A stretch of 64,000 bases of DNA from Eledone cirrhosa (Eukaryota), in assembly GCA_964016885.1 (NCBI GenBank), contig OZ024741.1:244652001-244716000 (forward strand), given 5' to 3'. This document shows positions 54,862 to 64,000 of the stretch, one piece after another. The stretch's first letter is position 1. Each line of letters starts with the position of its first letter. Below the pieces are notes generated by a model. That model searched no databases. It was not told the DNA's origin and saw only the letters and a list, made by a program, of their open reading frames with translations. The position numbers and the translations under genes were made by a program.

Positions 54862-57800
54862 TTGTTGACGTTTAACACGGTTTGGTTCCACAGCCACAAC
54901 TATTGATTTTACGGAGATATCTTGCTGAAATTCACGCCACACATAGCCAATGATTGTCTGCACATGTACCAGTAATTACAGATCGATCCGACCACGGGTG
55001 GCCGGCCCGCGATTGAAAAGGTAACTCCGCCAGCAAATCGTCATTTTTGGATTCGTTTTCTTCGAAGCACACCATTCGCCGGCGGACTTTGTTGACGTTT
55101 AACACGGTTTGGTTCCACAGCCACAACTATTGATTTTACGGAGATATCTTGCTGAAATTCACGCCACACATACCCAATGAGTGTCTGCACATGTACCAGT
55201 AATTACAGATCGATCCGCCCACGGGTGGCCGGCCCACGATCTAAAATGTAACTCCGCCGGCAAATCCGCATTTTTGTGATTAGTTTCTTCGAAGCACACC
55301 ATTCGCCGCCGGACTTGAGCTTCCTCATTTAGCATGGGCAGCTTTTCTTGAAAATCACACCACACTCAGCAAATGTGTGTCTGCACATGTACCAGTAATT
55401 ACAGATCGATCGGACCACGGGCGGCCGGCTCACGATCGAAAAGGTAACTCCGCCGGCAAATCCGCATTTTTGTGATTCGTTTCTTCGAAGCACACCATTC
55501 GCCGCCGGACTTCAGCTTCCTCATTTAGCATGGGCAGCTTTTCTTGCAAATCACACTACACACAGCAAATCTGTGTCTGCACATGTACCAGTAACTACAG
55601 ATCGATCCGACCACGGGCGGCCGGCCCGCGATTGAAAAGGTAACTCCGCCAGCAAATCGTCATTTTTTGATTCGTTTTCTTCGAAGCACACCATTCGCCG
55701 CCGGACTTTGTTGACGTTTAACACGGTTTGGTTCCACAGCCACAACTATTGATTTTACGGTGATATCTTGCTGAAATTCACGCCACACATAGCCAATGAG
55801 TGTCTGCACATGTACCAGTAATTACAGATCGATCCGACCACGGGCGGCCGGTTTGCGATTGAAAAGGTAACTCCGCCGGCAAATCGTCATTTTTGGATTC
55901 GTTTTCTTCGAAGCACACCATTCGCCGGCGGACTTTGTTGACGTTTAACACGGTTTGGTTCCACAGCCACAACTATTGATTTTACGGAGATATCTTGCTG
56001 AAATTCACGCCACACATAGCCAATGATTGTCTGCACATGTACCAGTAATTACAGATCGATCCGACCACGGGTGGCCGGCCCGCGATTGAAAAGGTAACTC
56101 CGCCAGCAAATCGTCATTTTTGGATTCGTTTTCTTCGAAGCACACCATTCGCCGGCGGACTTTGTTGACGTTTAACACGGTTTGGTTCCACAGCCACAAC
56201 TATTGATTTTACGGAGATATCTTGCTGAAATTCACGCCACACATACCCAATGAGTGTCTGCACATGTACCAGTAATTACAGATCGATCCGCCCACGGGTG
56301 GCCGGCCCACGATCTAAAATGTAACTCCGCCGGCAAATCCGCATTTTTGTGATTAGTTTCTTCGAAGCACACCATTCGCCGCCGGACTTGAGCTTCCTCA
56401 TTTAGCATGGGCAGCTTTTCTTGAAAATCACACCACACTCAGCAAATGTGTGTCTGCACATGTACCAGTAATTACAGATCGATCGGACCACGGGCGGCCG
56501 GTTTGCGATCTAAAATGTAACTCCGCCGGCAAATCGTCATTTTTGGATTCGTTTTCTTCGAAGCACACCATTCGCCGCCGGACTTCAGCTTCCTCATTTA
56601 GCATGGGCAGCTTTTCTTGCAAATCACACTACACACAGCAAATCTGTGTCTGCACATGTACCAGTAACTACAGATCGATCCGACCACGGGCGGCCGGCCC
56701 GCGATTGAAAAGGTAACTCCGCCAGCAAATCGTCATTTTTTGATTCGTTTTCTTCGAAGCACACCATTCGCCGCCGGACTTTGTTGACGTTTAACACGGT
56801 TTGGTTCCACAGCCACAACTATTGATTTTACGGTGATATCTTGCTGAAATTCACGCCACACATAGCCAATGAGTGTCTGCACATGTACCAGTAATTACAG
56901 ATCGATCCGACCACGGGCGGCCGGTTTGCGATTGAAAAGGTAACTCCGCCGGCAAATCGTCATTTTTGGATTCGTTTTCTTCGAAGCACACCATTCGCCG
57001 GCGGACTTTGTTGACGTTTAACACGGTTTGGTTCCACAGCCACAACTATTGATTTTACGGAGATATCTTGCTGAAATTCACGCCACACATAGCCAATGAT
57101 TGTCTGCACATGTACCAGTAATTACAGATCGATCCGACCACGGGTGGCCGGCCCGCGATTGAAAAGGTAACTCCGCCAGCAAATCGTCATTTTTGGATTC
57201 GTTTTCTTCGAAGCACACCATTCGCCGGCGGACTTTGTTGACGTTTAACACGGTTTGGTTCCACAGCCACAACTATTGATTTTACGGAGATATCTTGCTG
57301 AAATTCACGCCACACATACCCAATGAGTGTCTGCACATGTACCAGTAATTACAGATCGATCCGCCCACGGGTGGCCGGCCCACGATCTAAAATGTAACTC
57401 CGCCGGCAAATCCGCATTTTTGTGATTAGTTTCTTCGAAGCACACCATTCGCCGCCGGACTTGAGCTTCCTCATTTAGCATGGGCAGCTTTTCTTGAAAA
57501 TCACACCACACTCAGCAAATGTGTGTCTGCACATGTACCAGTAATTACAGATCGATCGGACCACGGGCGGCCGGCTCACGATCGAAAAGGTAACTCCGCC
57601 GGCAAATCCGCATTTTTGTGATTCGTTTCTTCGAAGCACACCATTCGCCGCCGGACTTCAGCTTCCTCATTTAGCATGGGCAGCTTTTCTTGCAAATCAC
57701 ACTACACACAGCAAATCTGTGTCTGCACATGTACCAGTAACTACAGATCGATCCGACCACGGGCGGCCGGCCCGCGATTGAAAAGGTAACTCCGCCAGCA

Positions 57801-60800
57801 AATCGTCATTTTTTGATTCGTTTTCTTCGAAGCACACCATTCGCCGCCGGACTTTGTTGACGTTTAACACGGTTTGGTTCCACAGCCACAACTATTGATT
57901 TTACGGTGATATCTTGCTGAAATTCACGCCACACATAGCCAATGAGTGTCTGCACATGTACCAGTAATTACAGATCGATCCGACCACGGGCGGCCGGTTT
58001 GCGATTGAAAAGGTAACTCCGCCGGCAAATCGTCATTTTTGGATTCGTTTTCTTCGAAGCACACCATTCGCCGGCGGACTTTGTTGACGTTTAACACGGT
58101 TTGGTTCCACAGCCACAACTATTGATTTTACGGAGATATCTTGCTGAAATTCACGCCACACATAGCCAATGATTGTCTGCACATGTACCAGTAATTACAG
58201 ATCGATCCGACCACGGGTGGCCGGCCCGCGATTGAAAAGGTAACTCCGCCAGCAAATCGTCATTTTTGGATTCGTTTTCTTCGAAGCACACCATTCGCCG
58301 GCGGACTTTGTTGACGTTTAACACGGTTTGGTTCCACAGCCACAACTATTGATTTTACGGAGATATCTTGCTGAAATTCACGCCACACATACCCAATGAG
58401 TGTCTGCACATGTACCAGTAATTACAGATCGATCCGCCCACGGGTGGCCGGCCCACGATCTAAAATGTAACTCCGCCGGCAAATCCGCATTTTTGTGATT
58501 AGTTTCTTCGAAGCACACCATTCGCCGCCGGACTTGAGCTTCCTCATTTAGCATGGGCAGCTTTTCTTGAAAATCACACCACACTCAGCAAATGTGTGTC
58601 TGCACATGTACCAGTAATTACAGATCGATCGGACCACGGGCGGCCGGTTTGCGATTGAAAAGGTAACTCCGCCGGCAAATCGTCATTTTTGGATTCGTTT
58701 TCTTCGAAGCACACCATTCGCCGCCGGACTTCAGCTTCCTCATTTAGCATGGGCAGCTTTTCTTGCAAATCACACTACACACAGCAAATCTGTGTCTGCA
58801 CATGTACCAGTAACTACAGATCGATCCGACCACGGGCGGCCGGTTTGCGATTGAAAAGGTAACTCCGCCGGCAAATCGTCATTTTTGGATTCGTTTTCTT
58901 CGAAGCACACCATTCGCCGGCGGACTTTGTTGACGTTTAACACGGTTTGGTTCCACAGCCACAACTATTGATTTTACGGAGATATCTTGCTGAAATTCAC
59001 GCCACACATAGCCAATGATTGTCTGCACATGTACCAGTAATTACAGATCGATCCGACCACGGGTGGCCGGCCCGCGATTGAAAAGGTAACTCCGCCAGCA
59101 AATCGTCATTTTTGGATTCGTTTTCTTCGAAGCACACCATTCGCCGGCGGACTTTGTTGACGTTTAACACGGTTTGGTTCCACAGCCACAACTATTGATT
59201 TTACGGAGATATCTTGCTGAAATTCACGCCACACATAGCCAATGATTGTCTGCACATGTACCAGTAATTACAGATCGATCCGACCACGGGTGGCCGGCCC
59301 GCGATTGAAAAGGTAACTCCGCCAGCAAATCGTCATTTTTGGATTCGTTTTCTTCGAAGCACACCATTCGCCGGCGGACTTTGTTGACGTTTAACACGGT
59401 TTGGTTCCACAGCCACAACTATTGATTTTACGGAGATATCTTGCTGAAATTCACGCCACACATACCCAATGAGTGTCTGCACATGTACCAGTAATTACAG
59501 ATCGATCCGCCCACGGGTGGCCGGCCCACGATCTAAAATGTAACTCCGCCGGCAAATCCGCATTTTTGTGATTAGTTTCTTCGAAGCACACCATTCGCCG
59601 CCGGACTTGAGCTTCCTCATTTAGCATGGGCAGCTTTTCTTGAAAATCACACCACACTCAGCAAATGTGTGTCTGCACATGTACCAGTAATTACAGATCG
59701 ATCGGACCACGGGCGGCCGGTTTGCGATTGAAAAGGTAACTCCGCCGGCAAATCGTCATTTTTGGATTCGTTTTCTTCGAAGCACACCATTCGCCGCCGG
59801 ACTTCAGCTTCCTCATTTAGCATGGGCAGCTTTTCTTGCAAATCACACTACACACAGCAAATCTGTGTCTGCACATGTACCAGTAACTACAGATCGATCC
59901 GACCACGGGCGGCCGGCCCGCGATTGAAAAGGTAACTCCGCCAGCAAATCGTCATTTTTTGATTCGTTTTCTTCGAAGCACACCATTCGCCGCCGGACTT
60001 TGTTGACGTTTAACACGGTTTGGTTCCACAGCCACAACTATTGATTTTACGGTGATATCTTGCTGAAATTCACGCCACACATAGCCAATGAGTGTCTGCA
60101 CATGTACCAGTAATTACAGATCGATCCGACCACGGGCGGCCGGTTTGCGATTGAAAAGGTAACTCCGCCGGCAAATCGTCATTTTTGGATTCGTTTTCTT
60201 CGAAGCACACCATTCGCCGGCGGACTTTGTTGACGTTTAACACGGTTTGGTTCCACAGCCACAACTATTGATTTTACGGAGATATCTTGCTGAAATTCAC
60301 GCCACACATAGCCAATGATTGTCTGCACATGTACCAGTAATTACAGATCGATCCGACCACGGGTGGCCGGCCCGCGATTGAAAAGGTAACTCCGCCAGCA
60401 AATCGTCATTTTTGGATTCGTTTTCTTCGAAGCACACCATTCGCCGGCGGACTTTGTTGACGTTTAACACGGTTTGGTTCCACAGCCACAACTATTGATT
60501 TTACGGAGATATCTTGCTGAAATTCACGCCACACATACCCAATGAGTGTCTGCACATGTACCAGTAATTACAGATCGATCCGCCCACGGGTGGCCGGCCC
60601 ACGATCTAAAATGTAACTCCGCCGGCAAATCCGCATTTTTGTGATTAGTTTCTTCGAAGCACACCATTCGCCGCCGGACTTGAGCTTCCTCATTTAGCAT
60701 GGGCAGCTTTTCTTGAAAATCACACCACACTCAGCAAATGTGTGTCTGCACATGTACCAGTAATTACAGATCGATCGGACCACGGGCGGCCGGTTTGCGA

Positions 60801-61369
60801 TTGAAAAGGTAACTCCGCCGGCAAATCGTCATTTTTGGATTCGTTTTCTTCGAAGCGCACCATTCGCCGCCGGACTTCAGCTTCCTCATTTAGCATGGGC
60901 AGCTTTTCTTGCAAATCACACTACACACAGCAAATCTGTGTCTGCACATGTACCAGTAATTACAGATCGATCGGACCACGGGCGGCCGGTTTGCGATTGA
61001 AAAGGTAACTCCGCCGGCAAATCGTCATTTTTGGATTCGTTTTCTTCGAAGCACACCATTCGCCGGCGGACTTTGTTGACGTTTAACACGGTTTGGTTCC
61101 ACAGCCACAACTATTGATTTTACGGAGATATCTTGCTGAAATTCACGCCACACATAGCCAATGATTGTCTGCACATGTACCAGTAATTACAGATCGATCC
61201 GACCACGGGTGGCCGGCCCGCGATTGAAAAGGTAACTCCGCCAGCAAATCGTCATTTTTGGATTCGTTTTCTTCGAAGCACACCATTCGCCGGCGGACTT
61301 TGTTGACGTTTAACACGGTTTGGTTCCACAGCCACAACTATTGATTTTACGGAGATATCTTGCTGAAAT

Positions 61370-64000
61370 TCACGCCACACATACCCAATGAGTGTCTGCA
61401 CATGTACCAGTAATTACAGATCGATCCGCCCACGGGTGGCCGGCCCACGATCTAAAATGTAACTCCGCCGGCAAATCCGCATTTTTGTGATTAGTTTCTT
61501 CGAAGCACACCATTCGCCGCCGGACTTGAGCTTCCTCATTTAGCATGGGCAGCTTTTCTTGAAAATCACACCACACTCAGCAAATGTGTGTCTGCACATG
61601 TACCAGTAATTACAGATCGATCGGACCACGGGCGGCCGGTTTGCGATTGAAAAGGTAACTCCGCCGGCAAATCGTCATTTTTGGATTCGTTTTCTTCGAA
61701 GCACACCATTCGCCGCCGGACTTCAGCTTCCTCATTTAGCATGGGCAGCTTTTCTTGCAAATCACACTACACACAGCAAATCTGTGTCTGCACATGTACC
61801 AGTAACTACAGATCGATCCGACCACGGGCGGCCGGCCCGCGATTGAAAAGGTAACTCCGCCAGCAAATCGTCATTTTTTGATTCGTTTTCTTCGAAGCAC
61901 ACCATTCGCCGCCGGACTTTGTTGACGTTTAACACGGTTTGGTTCCAGAGCCACAACTATTGATTTTACGGTGATATCTTGCTGAAATTCACGCCACACA
62001 TAGCCAATGAGTGTCTGCACATGTACCAGTAATTACAGATCGATCGGACCACGGGCGGCCGGTTTGCGATTGAAAAGGTAACTCCGCCGGCAAATCGTCA
62101 TTTTTGGATTCGTTTTCTTCGAAGCACACCATTCGCCGCCGGACTTCAGCTTCCTCATTTAGCATGGGCAGCTTTTCTTGCAAATCACACTACACACAGC
62201 AAATCTGTGTCTGCACATGTACCAGTAACTACAGATCGATCCGACCACGGGCGGCCGGCCCGCGATTGAAAAGGTAACTCCGCCAGCAAATCGTCATTTT
62301 TTGATTCGTTTTCTTCGAAGCACACCATTCGCCGCCGGACTTTGTTGACGTTTAACACGGTTTGGTTCCACAGCCACAACTATTGATTTTACGGTGATAT
62401 CTTGCTGAAATTCACGCCACACATAGCCAATGAGTGTCTGCACATGTACCAGTAATTACAGATCGATCCGACCACGGGCGGCCGGTTTGCGATTGAAAAG
62501 GTAACTCCGCCGGCAAATCGTCATTTTTGGATTCGTTTTCTTCGAAGCACACCATTCGCCGGCGGACTTTGTTGACGTTTAACACGGTTTGGTTCCACAG
62601 CCACAACTATTGATTTTACGGAGATATCTTGCTGAAATTCACGCCACACATAGCCAATGATTGTCTGCACATGTACCAGTAATTACAGATCGATCCGACC
62701 ACGGGTGGCCGGCCCGCGATTGAAAAGGTAACTCCGCCAGCAAATCGTCATTTTTGGATTCGTTTTCTTCGAAGCACACCATTCGCCGGCGGACTTTGTT
62801 GACGTTTAACACGGTTTGGTTCCACAGCCACAACTATTGATTTTACGGAGATATCTTGCTGAAATTCACGCCACACATAGCCAATGATTGTCTGCACATG
62901 TACCAGTAATTACAGATCGATCCGACCACGGGTGGCCGGCCCGCGATTGAAAAGGTAACTCCGCCAGCAAATCGTCATTTTTGGATTCGTTTTCTTCGAA
63001 GCACACCATTCGCCGGCGGACTTTGTTGACGTTTAACACGGTTTGGTTCCACAGCCACAACTATTGATTTTACGGAGATATCTTGCTGAAATTCACGCCA
63101 CACATACCCAATGAGTGTCTGCACATGTACCAGTAATTACAGATCGATCCGCCCACGGGTGGCCGGCCCACGATCTAAAATGTAACTCCGCCGGCAAATC
63201 CGCATTTTTGTGATTAGTTTCTTCGAAGCACACCATTCGCCGCCGGACTTGAGCTTCCTCATTTAGCATGGGCAGCTTTTCTTGAAAATCACACCACACT
63301 CAGCAAATGTGTGTCTGCACATGTACCAGTAATTACAGATCGATCGGACCACGGGCGGCCGGTTTGCGATTGAAAAGGTAACTCCGCCGGCAAATCGTCA
63401 TTTTTGGATTCGTTTTCTTCGAAGCACACCATTCGCCGCCGGACTTCAGCTTCCTCATTTAGCATGGGCAGCTTTTCTTGCAAATCACACTACACACAGC
63501 AAATCTGTGTCTGCACATGTACCAGTAACTACAGATCGATCCGACCACGGGCGGCCGGCCCGCGATTGAAAAGGTAACTCCGCCAGCAAATCGTCATTTT
63601 TTGATTCGTTTTCTTCGAAGCACACCATTCGCCGCCGGACTTTGTTGACGTTTAACACGGTTTGGTTCCAGAGCCACAACTATTGATTTTACGGTGATAT
63701 CTTGCTGAAATTCACGCCACACATAGCCAATGAGTGTCTGCACATGTACCAGTAATTACAGATCGATCGGACCACGGGCGGCCGGTTTGCGATTGAAAAG
63801 GTAACTCCGCCGGCAAATCGTCATTTTTGGATTCGTTTTCTTCGAAGCACACCATTCGCCGCCGGACTTCAGCTTCCTCATTTAGCATGGGCAGCTTTTC
63901 TTGCAAATCACACTACACACAGCAAATCTGTGTCTGCACATGTACCAGTAACTACAGATCGATCCGACCACGGGCGGCCGGCCCGCGATTGAAAAGGTAA
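61370..64000 (+). repeat. 1723-bp 8-monomer unit (A-B2-C-E*-C-E-D-D), one full copy and a truncated second copy
   Basis: Private SNP GGTTCCAGAG at 61948 and 63671; short-tailed E* monomer at 61989 and 63712; offset 1723. Confidence 0.85.

Larger units (their letters stand above)
1..64000. repeat. Tandem satellite DNA array of 196-bp and 227-bp monomers with higher-order organisation; runs off both window ends
   Basis: Motifs such as TCTGCACATGTACCAGTAA and TTCTTCGAAGCACACCATTCGCC recur every 196 or 227 bp throughout. ORF-track coordinates step by 196/227 (219, [415], 611, 838, 1065...), apart from two 228-bp monomers. No inversion or foreign insertion seen. Confidence 0.99.

Noticed and set aside
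219-63906. Hundreds of 64-73 aa minus-strand ORFs (MWCDFQ..., MWLWNQ..., MQEKL...) as a tandem gene family
   Set aside because: Each is one monomer long and they overlap or abut with no room for regulatory sequence; many start at non-ATG codons; stops occur in common variants (B1 and TTTTTTTATT-type C); frameshift-like compensating indels are present; no recognisable domain.
1-64000. CRISPR array (constant core with variable spacer)
   Set aside because: The constant part is 158 bp, the intervening parts are only two or three recurring sequences rather than unique spacers, and there are no cas genes.

Overview
The whole 64-kb window is one uninterrupted head-to-tail tandem satellite array of roughly 300 monomers, all in the same orientation, with no unique sequence. 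I found no credible genes, RNA genes, transposons or CRISPR array; every listed ORF is a by-product of the repeat. Each monomer is a shared 158-bp core plus either a 38-bp tail (196-bp monomers, here called A and B) or a largely unrelated 69-bp tail (227-bp monomers, here C, D, E). Monomers follow a near-strict order A-B-C-(E)-(D)n, giving higher-order repeats (HORs) of 619, 846 and 1073 bp. These nest in larger units (2084 and 1723 bp) and in multi-kb duplications (offsets 9740, 12463, 7191/8264/8491 bp and others) traceable by private SNPs. The architecture resembles eukaryotic centromeric/pericentromeric satellite with HORs, but I cannot identify the organism or family, and function is inference only. 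The most notable points are the two-tail modular grammar, HOR composition shifting along the array, chimeric junction monomers, a divergent relic block near 7.1-8.1 kb with an apparently compensatory double substitution, and a high density of short dyad symmetries.
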